Of a DNA stretch of 64,000 nucleotides, positions 39,278 through 48,175 are shown one piece after another (the stretch's first letter is position 1; each line of letters starts with the position of its first letter). Location of the stretch: positions 248,001-312,000 of the IMG/VR virus record IMGVR_UViG_3300027985_000918; one strand, 5' to 3'. Under the pieces are notes generated by a model. The model worked only from the letters and a program-made list of their open reading frames with translations, was not told where the DNA came from and ran no database searches. The position numbers were made by a program, and so were the translations under genes.

Positions 39278-42200
39278 TCACCCCACTCTTCCGGCCATGA
39301 CCCGCTTGAGCTTAGATTGGTTCTGGGTCCACCCGTGGGGGCTGGCGTACTCGTGGTAGTTGATGTACACGTCACCGCCCCCTCCCCCGCCTCGACTTAG
39401 CGGACCACCAGCCTTGCTAGCGACCACCTGCACATCATCCTGAGTGCTAATCCTCTGTCCGTACACACCACCTTTACCAATGTGCATTAGGTAATCTTGT
39501 GCCACACCAGCAGCTTCAAACACGGGGAGGCCCATCTCCGTGAACTTCTCACGGACGGACTTACCGCCGACAACCGTGTCCAGATGCTTAGCAATCTCTG
39601 CAGGCATCTCCCCCGACTCCCGATATTGGGTTGCCAAACCCAAAAAATCGTCCCGGAGGAGTCCTGTCTCAACTCCGGAGAGTCCTGCCGCCATCTGGGT
39701 AGCCATATTCTCCGCAGTCAGCATTGTGGCCTGCTTTCGCCACTCCTCCCCAATAGCCTTGGGTGCTTCCCCGCCCTTCCCATGAAGCCTTTGGGTTCGA
39801 CGCCAGTCCTCCCTCCCATAAGCCATCAAAGCATCTTCCTGGGCCTTCTTGATCATGTCCTCACCGGACATTGGCGCAGTGCCAACACTGGCCCCCCTAC
39901 CCCCCTGAGCCCCCAAACCCACGGTTGCCAGCAGCCCAAAGTGCCTTTCCCGTGCCTGGGACTGACGAGCAACCAGCTCTTCTTCGGACCCCACCCCCTC
40001 CCGAAGAAGCATTCTCTGCACGCCTTTTTTCTTGATAGCGGAGATCTGCTCCTTGGACATACCAGCTTTCCCACGGAGAGCCTTTTCGATACTCTTGGGA
40101 CCCACACCAGCCTCAATATCCCTCCTCAGCTCACTAGCCCCCTTGTCCGTAAACCACCCGCTCTTGTTATAGCTCTGAGCTTCCCGCAGATGCTCCTCCT
40201 TGACCGCCTTACGGCCACGGAGAACCCTAAGCTCCTCAGCTTTAACCTTCAAGGCTGCCTGCGCCCTTTCTCTGTCGGGTCCCGAGGAAGCGTTCATTTC
40301 CTTACGAAGTTCACTCATCTCCTGGGAAATACCCCGCTCCTTCGCCCTCATGTCTCTAATCTCACGGGTATATCCGGAAACAATCCTCTCCCTCTCAGCT
40401 TTCTCACCGCCGCTAAGTCCACCCATCCAAGATGAGATCCGCTCTACCGAGGTATAGATCTGCTCCAGCCAATACTCCACGCCTCTCTCCAGAAGAGACG
40501 CAATATCCGTAGTGTTGGCGGCGATCTCTGCCGCCAACTTGATGTCGGCAGGTACCGCCTGCTGTGCGGCCTCCTTAAACACCTGACCCTGGGTCTGAAT
40601 ATAGTCCTCCAGGCTCTTGAGGCTGCTAGTACCCCACTCGATCTCTCCGGTGCTTTCATTGAACGAAGCGGCCAAGACACGCCCCTGATCGTCAATAGCA
40701 GCCCCGAACGCCTTAGCCTGCTCTCTCTGCTGCTCCGGAGTAACCTGCTTACCCTCCATCTTCCTAAGAGTGTTCCAGTTGCCATACATGGCCTCTGAAA
40801 TCCGCAAAAGTTGCTCCCTCTCCTCACCCGTAACCCCAGCCACACCCTCAAACCCCATCATCTCCCGGGGGTTCATCATGTGGAGTGGCTTTCCGATAAT
40901 AGTTTGTCCGTGAGCCATCTTGGCTGCCAACTTTCCACCCATGTCCAGAGACCCCATCCGGACAGCCCTAGCACCCCGACCACCTACAGCACCCTCGGCA
41001 ACGTCCATCAAATTCGTAAGGGAGCGAGTTAGGTCGTGCTGTCCCGTAAGACGCATACTAGCCAGCAAGCCTTCTCTCTGCTTACGGCCCATACTCCCAA
41101 GTCTCTTGGATAGACCGGCTCCCGTTGCAGTATCCAAGTCCGAAAAACCGAGGAGACCCATAATTCGGGCCTGTGCCCCCTTATCCTGCATGGTTCTGAG
41201 TTTCGAGATGAAATCCGTTCCGGTAGCCTCAGCAGACCTAGTGAAAATGCCTTTGCTCCCCCTAGTGAGCATGTCCCTCTTCCAACGGTCCTGCATGGAC
41301 TCCCCAGCAAACCCCTTGGTAAGCTGCTGAAGAAAATCACCGCCCGTCTTAGCACCGAGAACCTGACCAAGACGGATGAGCAAACCACCGGCCTCTTCAA
41401 GACGGACGTTGTACATGCCCATTCCGGATGTGGCCTGAAGAATCATGCCGTAGAATCGCTTTACTCCGAACCCAGACTCCTTGGCAGCCATCGTAACTCC
41501 GGACAATCCTTCGTTGATGTACTGAAGGTCAGCCCCCAGGTCCTCCATCCACGACCCCATATTCCCGGCCATGTCTTGTGCAGAGACCCCCAGGAGCTTT
41601 GAATAAGCCAGAGCGGATTGGGTATACTCCCGCAACCTCTCCATCTCATCATTGAATCCCGCAGCCTCCGCCCTCATCTCCCTCAGAGTCTTCCCCGCAT
41701 CAGCATAGGCACCAAGGATCACCAAATGGTCCTTAGCGGTTGTCCCCCAGATGTTGTTGAAGGCAAAGGCCCCTTCCCCTGCGGTAAATGTCCTTCGCAC
41801 ATCGGCGATTTTTTTGCCTACGTCGTCGAACACACTCCCTAGTTCAGCCCCAGCTATCCCGCTTTCCAGAATAGTCCGGTTCAACTGCTTCATCTGGGAT
41901 TCTGCCGAGATGAAAATGGCCACCAAAGCTGCTACGGAGCCCACCAAGGCCCCCACTGCCAAGATGTAGGGACCGAGCTTAGACAAAAGGCCACCCACCT
42001 CACCCAACGCCTTGGCAAACCCTCCGCTTCCCTTGGACCCTGCCTTGATTGCTGCTCCCCCAGCCGCCTGGACCCCTTGCCCCACCCCCTTGATGGCACC
42101 AGAGAAATCTCCCCCCCTGAGCTGCTCGAACAGCCCCTTGGCGCCGTGAGCACCCGCCCCGAGGAGACCGCTAACCCCTCGGTACCCCTGAGCTGCTTGC

Positions 42201-42571
42201 AAAGCGTCCTTCCGCCGCTGATTGATACGAGCTAGCTGCCGCTGCTCAGCCTTGAACCGTTTCTCCATGGCCTGAGCCTGAATTTTGGCAGCCTTGGTAG
42301 CCCCATCCTTCTGAGCTTCCTCGATCAGCCTGGAGAGCTTAGTGTATGTGTCCGTCAACCCCCGAAGATTCTTGCCCGAAAACCCCGTGCGGAGGGCATC
42401 CCCGATGGTTTGACCGAATGTAGATTCAGCCTTCTTCTGGACCCGGGACCACTTGGAGAGGAAGTCCCGGTCGTCAAACGCCATGACCTTCTTGATCTGC
42501 TTGGCGACGGCATCGGCCCCGGCAAGCTCAAGATCTGCAATCAGCCGAATGACGGTTTCCTGGTTACTCAT
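39278..42571 (-). CDS. Tape measure protein
   Basis: 1097 aa; Ala/Gly/Lys/Arg/Met-rich helical composition, hydrophobic stretch ILAVGALVGSVAALVAIFI, canonical position after tube and chaperones. Confidence 0.8.
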   Translation of the reverse strand: MSNQETVIRLIADLELAGADAVAKQIKKVMAFDDRDFLSKWSRVQKKAESTFGQTIGDALRTGFSGKNLRGLTDTYTKLSRLIEEAQKDGATKAAKIQAQAMEKRFKAEQRQLARINQRRKDALQAAQGYRGVSGLLGAGAHGAKGLFEQLRGGDFSGAIKGVGQGVQAAGGAAIKAGSKGSGGFAKALGEVGGLLSKLGPYILAVGALVGSVAALVAIFISAESQMKQLNRTILESGIAGAELGSVFDDVGKKIADVRRTFTAGEGAFAFNNIWGTTAKDHLVILGAYADAGKTLREMRAEAAGFNDEMERLREYTQSALAYSKLLGVSAQDMAGNMGSWMEDLGADLQYINEGLSGVTMAAKESGFGVKRFYGMILQATSGMGMYNVRLEEAGGLLIRLGQVLGAKTGGDFLQQLTKGFAGESMQDRWKRDMLTRGSKGIFTRSAEATGTDFISKLRTMQDKGAQARIMGLLGFSDLDTATGAGLSKRLGSMGRKQREGLLASMRLTGQHDLTRSLTNLMDVAEGAVGGRGARAVRMGSLDMGGKLAAKMAHGQTIIGKPLHMMNPREMMGFEGVAGVTGEEREQLLRISEAMYGNWNTLRKMEGKQVTPEQQREQAKAFGAAIDDQGRVLAASFNESTGEIEWGTSSLKSLEDYIQTQGQVFKEAAQQAVPADIKLAAEIAANTTDIASLLERGVEYWLEQIYTSVERISSWMGGLSGGEKAERERIVSGYTREIRDMRAKERGISQEMSELRKEMNASSGPDRERAQAALKVKAEELRVLRGRKAVKEEHLREAQSYNKSGWFTDKGASELRRDIEAGVGPKSIEKALRGKAGMSKEQISAIKKKGVQRMLLREGVGSEEELVARQSQARERHFGLLATVGLGAQGGRGASVGTAPMSGEDMIKKAQEDALMAYGREDWRRTQRLHGKGGEAPKAIGEEWRKQATMLTAENMATQMAAGLSGVETGLLRDDFLGLATQYRESGEMPAEIAKHLDTVVGGKSVREKFTEMGLPVFEAAGVAQDYLMHIGKGGVYGQRISTQDDVQVVASKAGGPLSRGGGGGGDVYINYHEYASPHGWTQNQSKLKRVMAGRVG

Positions 42572-43947
42572 TAGCGGCTACCTCCACGCTGGACCCCGAA
42601 GATCTCCGGGTTCACCAGGTTCTCGACACCCGCTTCCTCGGCCATCCTCCTCTGCTGCTGGAGGTAGGCCCGAACCTGCGGATTAGGGTGATTCAGCTCG
42701 GGCTGTGGAGGTGGTACAGGGACACCCTGTGGCTGAGGGGGTGCCCCGAACTGAACCTTCCGATTCTCCAACGAGTTCTGGATCTGGTCGTGCCTTTCGA
42801 CAGCATGGGGGTCTGCGTCGGCATACCGGCCATCGGCAGTCTTCTGGACCGCCCCCCGCCTCTGCTCCTTGACCAGGAAGTTGTTGATGTACCTCTCGTT
42901 CTTGGCCTGCTGATCATCGTAGATCCGGCGACCCCGGGGCTGGCCCACGTTACGCTCAGCCAGGATCTGCTGGAGCTGGGCAGGACTGTAGGCCACCAGA
43001 GACAAGGGCTCCATGTCCGCTGCCTCTCGCCGCTCGATCTCCCGATGTAGGGCCGCACGACGGGCCTCCCGCTGACGATCTTCCTCCGCCCGGCGAGCCA
43101 TGATCTGGTTCTTGTACGACTCGACAATCATGTCGTGCTGATCCATGTCGCCATCAACCCAGCGGCGGTACTCGTCCGAGAGCTGGTCAGGACTCTTGGG
43201 CTGGTGGATGACGGCGCCAATGAGATCACGGTTCTTGTCCTTGAGGTAACCCTCTCTATCTACCTTCCCCACACGATAGTAGTAGAACCGATCCATGACA
43301 GACTGGCGGCGAGCCTGTTCCTCTCGGTGCCGCTGCTTGTCCTTGGTATCGATCTTCTGGATTCCCTTGGGAGCCTGGGTGGAGGCGACCAGCTTGAACC
43401 CCTCCCACTGCTGGTCTGCCGTCTGCTTGTCGTCCTCCACCATGTTGAACGCCATCCAGATCTGCTGGATGAAGTTGACCCCCAAACCTACAGCTCCTGG
43501 CACACCCAGATGGTGAGGGAACTCAGTCCTCCCCATCATTCTCCACTTGGAACGGGCGGCGTCCTCGTAGATGTAGGATTCGACACCCTCGGCAGCTTTC
43601 TCCGCTCGGGAGAACAACCCGAGGATTGTGTTGTACAAGATGCGATGGGCTCGGGAGGGCAAGCGGCGGACCATCCGATACAGACGAGGGACGTGGTTCC
43701 CCTCCCCTAGGAGGTTGTACCCGTCTACCATCCAGATGCAGGAGGCGATAGCCCACCGTTGCCACTCTTTGTCGGAGAGGCCGTTGGCCCTGTTTCTGAG
43801 CAGAAACAAATCACCGGGGCTCAACGTCCGCAAGCAAAACCGAGTCCCCCTCACGGTGATGGCGTGGGAGAGGAACCCAGGATTCAGAAGAGCCTCTACG
43901 TCTGAGTAGTGGATCTTCCGCTGCTCTGCGGTCGTCGGAGGAAGCAT
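42571..43947 (-). CDS. Putative tail assembly chaperone 2
   Basis: 458 aa; immediately upstream of, and coupled to, the tape measure gene (TAATG). Function inferred from synteny. Confidence 0.5.
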   Translation of the reverse strand: MLPPTTAEQRKIHYSDVEALLNPGFLSHAITVRGTRFCLRTLSPGDLFLLRNRANGLSDKEWQRWAIASCIWMVDGYNLLGEGNHVPRLYRMVRRLPSRAHRILYNTILGLFSRAEKAAEGVESYIYEDAARSKWRMMGRTEFPHHLGVPGAVGLGVNFIQQIWMAFNMVEDDKQTADQQWEGFKLVASTQAPKGIQKIDTKDKQRHREEQARRQSVMDRFYYYRVGKVDREGYLKDKNRDLIGAVIHQPKSPDQLSDEYRRWVDGDMDQHDMIVESYKNQIMARRAEEDRQREARRAALHREIERREAADMEPLSLVAYSPAQLQQILAERNVGQPRGRRIYDDQQAKNERYINNFLVKEQRRGAVQKTADGRYADADPHAVERHDQIQNSLENRKVQFGAPPQPQGVPVPPPQPELNHPNPQVRAYLQQQRRMAEEAGVENLVNPEIFGVQRGGSR

Positions 43948-43960
43948 GTCACGTTACCCC

Positions 43961-45202
43961 TCAGCGTCGGGGGGTTCCCCGGCGGAACCGGGGATTCAGG
44001 CTACCGCTCGTGGACGGGTTGACCGCCACCCTCCCGGGACCCTGACCATCTGTGGAGACACTCTCCAACACCACGGGGTCTTCAGGCTTGAACACGGGGG
44101 CATCCCCGATGGTCCCAACCTTGCGATGCTGAGCCTCCCGAATGGCCTCCGTCAACTGCTCCTGGGGACGAACATCTCGGTCGGCGTACTGGGCCGCCAG
44201 ATGAGGGGGGGTTCTCCTCCCCAACCCCTGCTGGTGTGCGGCAGTCAGAGCCGAACCGTCGGGGTTCAAAGCGTTGTGCAGGGAGAGTCCCGCCTGAGCC
44301 CTCCGCTTCAACTGACGGGCATTCTCTGCGGCCACTGCAGCAGCCAAACCGTCAGTATCCCCGGTATCCACAAAGGACTCCTGGAACTCAGGGAGCAGAT
44401 CAACGGGGCTCCCCGATGTCTCCTTCTTCGGATGGGGAGCTGGGGCTTCCTGCGGAGGAGGCGCCTGCGTGGGAACGATCCGCTGGCGAGCCTTCGAGGG
44501 ATGAGCTTCCGGAACGAAAGGGATGAACCCATCCTCATCGGAATCGTCCAGAGGCTCTTCCTCATCGGGATCTGCGGTTTCAGCGGTGGTCTGGGAGGGG
44601 TCCGGGCGCTCCACCCCGTTCATCTCTGCCATCCGATGGACACGGTTGGTGAACGGGTCCTGAATCCCGGAGGCCTCCGCCTCCTTGGATTCCCGCAACT
44701 CTGCCAAGCGTTCCTCAAGCCTCTGGATCTCGGTGTCGATATCCACGGGCTCAAACTCGATGGAGTCCTCCGCAACCTTCTCGACCTTCGCCAGCAGCTC
44801 TGCATACTTGCGAAACACCCCAATCAGAAGATGCCGGGTCCACCCCCGGATGATCTTCTGGAGGGCTTCGGCCTTGGGGATTTTGACGATCTTACCGTTG
44901 GGTAGCTTCTCTCCGGTTTCGATGAACTCCGCATCCCGCAGGTCTAGATCATCGATCTCGACCAGAGCGTAAGAGATGATCGCCGTCTTGAAGCGGTCCA
45001 GAAAAGCCATCGCCGTGTGCTGCTCCCCCTCCTCACCGGAGTTGAGAGCCACAGCGGCATACTTCTGCACCTCCACCTCTTCCTCGGGCATGAGAACCCG
45101 AAGTGTCATGGTGGTGTTGTTGATCTCAAAGGAGAGTTCGCCCTTACCGACTTCCTCGACTGCGGCGAGAGCCTGCTCCAGGGCTTGCAAATTGATCGAC
45201 AT
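43961..45202 (-). CDS. Putative tail assembly chaperone 1
   Basis: 413 aa; FEIN....TLRVL.PEEE.EV N-terminus resembles tail chaperones; acidic/Pro-rich C-terminus; between tube and tape measure. Confidence 0.55.
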   Translation of the reverse strand: MSINLQALEQALAAVEEVGKGELSFEINNTTMTLRVLMPEEEVEVQKYAAVALNSGEEGEQHTAMAFLDRFKTAIISYALVEIDDLDLRDAEFIETGEKLPNGKIVKIPKAEALQKIIRGWTRHLLIGVFRKYAELLAKVEKVAEDSIEFEPVDIDTEIQRLEERLAELRESKEAEASGIQDPFTNRVHRMAEMNGVERPDPSQTTAETADPDEEEPLDDSDEDGFIPFVPEAHPSKARQRIVPTQAPPPQEAPAPHPKKETSGSPVDLLPEFQESFVDTGDTDGLAAAVAAENARQLKRRAQAGLSLHNALNPDGSALTAAHQQGLGRRTPPHLAAQYADRDVRPQEQLTEAIREAQHRKVGTIGDAPVFKPEDPVVLESVSTDGQGPGRVAVNPSTSGSLNPRFRRGTPRR

Positions 45203-45238
45203 GTGCAGCTTCCCTCTTCACGATGAATCGTATACAGA

Positions 45239-45386
45239 GAAGCAGCATGGCCTGGCCTGGACAGCTCATTCGGCGTCGGACGATCTGGCGTGACGCATCT
45301 TCCCCACCCCCAAAAAAGGAGAGGAAATCAGCACAAAAAGTCGGTTCTCATCTATCCGTAGCGTCTTAGGCCAACCCGGCTGCTTC
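45239..45386 (-). ncRNA. Putative structured cis-regulatory RNA (copy 2) in leader of chaperone gene
   Basis: Nested complementary segments gaagcagc/gctgcttc, tggcct/aggcca, ggatag/ctgtcc; shares three ordered sequence blocks with the sheath leader. Confidence 0.55.
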
Positions 45387-45450
45387 CAGGTTCAGGCCCC
45401 TTACCGGGGCCTTAGCCTACTCTACCGGGTGAGAGTGAGGAAGTGCTGAT

Positions 45451-46284
45451 TTACACGTTCAGGCTGATCGCCCCACCACCCCCGACACCGCCACCTACCT
45501 GAACAGAAGAGGCGAACGGGTTGCCAGCCTCGATGGCATTCTCCGAGAACCGGATAGACCCGAGCTGACCGATAGTGGGGTCATTGCCGGTTGCCAGGAA
45601 CTCTCCGTAAACGCTAGCAAAATCGTGGACGTCGGAAATCATCACATCCCCAGACTCCATGATCATGCCGCTATCCTTGGCGAAGGTCGTGCTCCACGTC
45701 GTGAACCAACACGCCTCGTAGATGGTGATAACGGCGCTGTGCCCACGGTTGTCGCCCGGGAAGTTGGAGTTGTCCGGAGTGACCTGGGGAAAACCGATGG
45801 CCGAGACACCGCCATCGAATTGACCAGGGGTACCGGAACGCCCAACGTTAGCAACCTGGAGATCCGCATCCACGAGGGTCGAAAACACGAGCTGCTGCTC
45901 GATATCGAACGGCCACTTGTGGTGCTTGAGCGACCGGACCGGGCCATCCACGCCAGAGGCGTAGCCCGTGGCCTGCCAGAGGTTGCTCAGGTACATGAGA
46001 GCCCTCTCGAAGCTGGCGCTCATGGGCTCGGTCACCGACGGGACCAGCTCGGCCACCTGATCACCGAAGCCGACCCCCCGAACCGGCTCTACGGTACGAC
46101 TCTCGTTCGGGTTGAAGCTGGAGACCACGCCCATCTGGTGGAGAGCGGTCGAATCCCCATAGGCAGGGGTCAGAAGGCGCACCTTCTGGGAAACGGCCGT
46201 CCTAGTGTTCGGGGAGGTCCCGAAATCATAGACGTAGCTAGTCCCCTGGAGCCCGTTCTGGGGGTTGTTGTCAAGGTTCGGCAT
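45451..46284 (-). CDS. Tail tube protein
   Basis: Start reassigned to the ATG at 46284 (GGAGG RBS), 277 aa; SFNPNESRTVEPVRGVG.GD..AELVP and PFDIEQ...TIYEACWF.TWS tube-like motifs; next minus-strand gene after the sheath. Confidence 0.8.
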   Translation of the reverse strand: MPNLDNNPQNGLQGTSYVYDFGTSPNTRTAVSQKVRLLTPAYGDSTALHQMGVVSSFNPNESRTVEPVRGVGFGDQVAELVPSVTEPMSASFERALMYLSNLWQATGYASGVDGPVRSLKHHKWPFDIEQQLVFSTLVDADLQVANVGRSGTPGQFDGGVSAIGFPQVTPDNSNFPGDNRGHSAVITIYEACWFTTWSTTFAKDSGMIMESGDVMISDVHDFASVYGEFLATGNDPTIGQLGSIRFSENAIEAGNPFASSVQVGGGVGGGGAISLNV

Positions 46285-46346
46285 CTCAGTCCTCCACGAG
46301 GGGTATGGTGAGGGCACAAAGGCTCTCCGCTCACACTTGTGTGGGC

Positions 46347-46361
46347 TATAGGCCCGCAATC
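46347..46361 (-). promoter_or_regulatory. Candidate late promoter motif (GAT-N6-CCTATA)
   Basis: Minus-strand GATTGCGGGCCTATA upstream of the tube gene; downstream GCGGAGA is shared with the 11133 copy. Confidence 0.6.
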
Positions 46362-46407
46362 GAGATCCGGCTACTTGACTTGAATGAGAGAGCACCCAGG
46401 ATGAAAG

Positions 46408-46854
46408 TTGATGAGGCGGCTCCTAACAGGACAGCCTCCCGGTGAGGCTCACCCCAGCTCGAAACTCTCTGAGGCCGAAGTACAGGCTATCCGGGAACGG
46501 GTATGTGCGGGTGAACTCCAGATGTCCCTAGCTGCCGAGTTCAAAGTCAGTCCCTCCACCATCTGCAAAATCGCCAACGGGAGGTCGTGGTCCCACCTGG
46601 GAGCCCCTCCCCCGATCCCCAAGACCCGAGGGAGTGCCCGACCCACATCCCGGCTGACTGAGGCGGACATCGAACCCATCTGCAAAGCCATTATGAAAGG
46701 CATCAAGATCCGTGCTCTGGCTCGACGCTATGGGGTTTGTCCCTCCACCATCACCAAGATCTGGAAAGGTGAGACATGGACCCACGTCCCCCGGCCAGGC
46801 CTACCGAACCTCGACCCCCCGACCACATCCAGAAAAAAGGTCTGGGAGCGCTGA
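46408..46854 (+). CDS. Tandem helix-turn-helix DNA-binding protein (HNH-associated C-terminal domain x2)
   Basis: Two repeats: GEAHPSSKLSEAEVQAIR...LAAEFKVSPSTICKIANGRSWSH and GSARPTSRLTEADIEPI...LARRYGVCPSTITKIWKGETWTH. Confidence 0.75.
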   Translation: MMRRLLTGQPPGEAHPSSKLSEAEVQAIRERVCAGELQMSLAAEFKVSPSTICKIANGRSWSHLGAPPPIPKTRGSARPTSRLTEADIEPICKAIMKGIKIRALARRYGVCPSTITKIWKGETWTHVPRPGLPNLDPPTTSRKKVWER

Positions 46855-46859
46855 AGGGG

Positions 46860-46888
46860 GGTAACAAACTTCCCTGAGGCGGGTATAG
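46860..46888 (+). promoter_or_regulatory. Candidate ECF-like promoter GGTAAC-N17-GTATAG
   Basis: About 60 nt upstream of the Hc1-like gene. Confidence 0.55.
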
Positions 46889-46947
46889 CCCCCACGGGCC
46901 GACGCCCAAACAAGCTGGGGCAAAAACCACCAGCCACAGGAGAACCA

Positions 46948-47124
46948 ATGCGCACCCAAATCGAGAACCTGATCAATCTGCTGACCAACACCCTCCCCGA
47001 CGCCGACAAGGTGGACATGGGGCAGAAGGCGGCGGGGACCCGAGTCCGCAAGGCCCTCCAGGCCGTCCGCACCGAATGTGCCAACCTGCGGAAGGAGTCC
47101 CTGGGGACGGAGAAGGTGGGCTGA
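46948..47124 (+). CDS. Histone H1-like (Hc1 family) small protein, 58 aa (below ORF-track cutoff)
   Basis: MRTQIENLINLLTNTLPDADKVDMGQKAAGTRVRKALQAVRTECANLRKESLGTEKVG; G.KAAGTR.RK...L..RKES is the Hc1-like signature; AGGAG RBS and its own terminator. Confidence 0.8.
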   Translation: MRTQIENLINLLTNTLPDADKVDMGQKAAGTRVRKALQAVRTECANLRKESLGTEKVG

Positions 47125-47145
47125 CCCCCAACATCTGACCCAACG

Positions 47146-47185
47146 GAGAAAGCCCCTGCCAGAGTACCCTGGCAGGGGCTTTCTC
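47146..47185 (+). terminator. Intrinsic terminator-like hairpin
   Basis: Perfect 17-bp stem gagaaagcccctgccag / ctggcaggggctttctc with a 6-nt loop. Confidence 0.8.
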
Positions 47186-47198
47186 GTATCTGAAGGTA

Positions 47199-47226
47199 GG
47201 TAGCCAAGAATTCTCTTTGGGTGCAT
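47199..47226 (+). promoter_or_regulatory. Variant ECF-like promoter GGTAGC-N16-GTGCAT
   Basis: Just after the terminator and upstream of the phosphoesterase; context aaggtaggtagc resembles aagggtaggtaac at 11161. Confidence 0.4.
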
Positions 47227-47250
47227 ACGGTGGCGGGCACGGAGAACCAG

Positions 47251-48078
47251 ATGAAGATCATGACGCTGTCCGATCTCCACCATGGGAAGTGGGGAACCTG
47301 GGGGATGAAGGCTGTCCAGAGGGCAGGCAAAGAGGCCAGAGACCACCAAATCGATGTCCTCCTGTTGGGAGGGGACCTGGCGGAACCTTCCCCCGAAAAC
47401 CAGTACCGGGGTGAGGTACTCTCCAAGATCATGCAGCTTCCGATCCCCCACAAACTCTGGGTCATCGGGAACAACGACCTGGAGGACCTGCGGGGTCCGA
47501 TCAGCCAATATGCCCAGGAGGCCCACTCCCTAGTGAGTGCCGACGGCATTCAGGTCCTGGACTACGCCCCCGTCACCATCGACGGCGTGACCTTCGTGGG
47601 GAACCTGGGGTGGTTTGACGGGTCACTTTGGGGGATGGGATCTACCCCCCTCATCGACCCAGAAGGCTGGGCGCCTATCTCTTTCCAGGAGGCCCAGAGC
47701 AAAACGGACGCCTGGACCAGGCATGAGCTGGGTGAGAGGATGGACCTGACCTCGGATGAGCTGTTTGAGCTGTGCCAAAACACTTTGCACTCCCACCTGC
47801 GGGAAGCGGGACAAAACCGCATAGTGGTGATGACACACACATCCCCCACCCCGTCCATGTGCATGTACGGGCACAACCCAAAATTCGACTTCCTGAACTA
47901 CTGCATGGGCTGGGATGACCTGTCGAAGAAAGCCCTCCGCCCCCCATTGTCCTCCTGGAAGCCCACTCTCCAGCTCTGCGGTCACACTCACCGCTTCAAA
48001 ATGGTCTTTGCTGGGGAAAACCCCCCACTGGTGAACGTATCGGGAGAGGGCCAGCCCCGAATCTTCGAGATCAGGTAA
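47251..48078 (+). CDS. Calcineurin-like metallophosphoesterase
   Basis: SDLH, GGDL, IGNND (GNHD variant), THT.P and CGHTH motifs; start reassigned to the ATG at 47251 after GGAG. Confidence 0.85.
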   Translation: MKIMTLSDLHHGKWGTWGMKAVQRAGKEARDHQIDVLLLGGDLAEPSPENQYRGEVLSKIMQLPIPHKLWVIGNNDLEDLRGPISQYAQEAHSLVSADGIQVLDYAPVTIDGVTFVGNLGWFDGSLWGMGSTPLIDPEGWAPISFQEAQSKTDAWTRHELGERMDLTSDELFELCQNTLHSHLREAGQNRIVVMTHTSPTPSMCMYGHNPKFDFLNYCMGWDDLSKKALRPPLSSWKPTLQLCGHTHRFKMVFAGENPPLVNVSGEGQPRIFEIR

Positions 48079-48130
48079 CCTTTCCTGGAACGGATCTACT
48101 GGAGGCTGCACCCCCAGAAGGGGGACTGAG

Positions 48131-48170
48131 AGGAGGACCGCCCTGGGGGGGTCCTCCTCCCAGGGCGGTC
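48131..48170. terminator. Hairpin(s) between convergent genes, likely terminator of the sheath gene
   Basis: 12-bp stem gaccgccctggg/cccagggcggtc, with an overlapping alternative 9-bp stem aggaggacc/ggtcctcct. Confidence 0.6.
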
Positions 48171-48175
48171 GATTC

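Noticed and set aside
43947-43961. Programmed frameshift between tail chaperone genes (lambda G/GT style)
   Set aside because: The two ORFs are separated by 13 nt, the second has its own ATG, and no clear slippery heptamer was seen.
46285-46395. Longer N-termini in the ORF track (tube 46395, sheath 53512, 58711, 62423, 11894, 47221)
   Set aside because: Downstream starts have better RBS or stop-start overlaps, and several extensions run through promoter motifs or neighbouring genes.
48074-48100. Extra GGTAAC at the phosphoesterase stop (and at 53581)
   Set aside because: No GTA-type -10 element at 16-17 nt and no downstream plus-strand gene.
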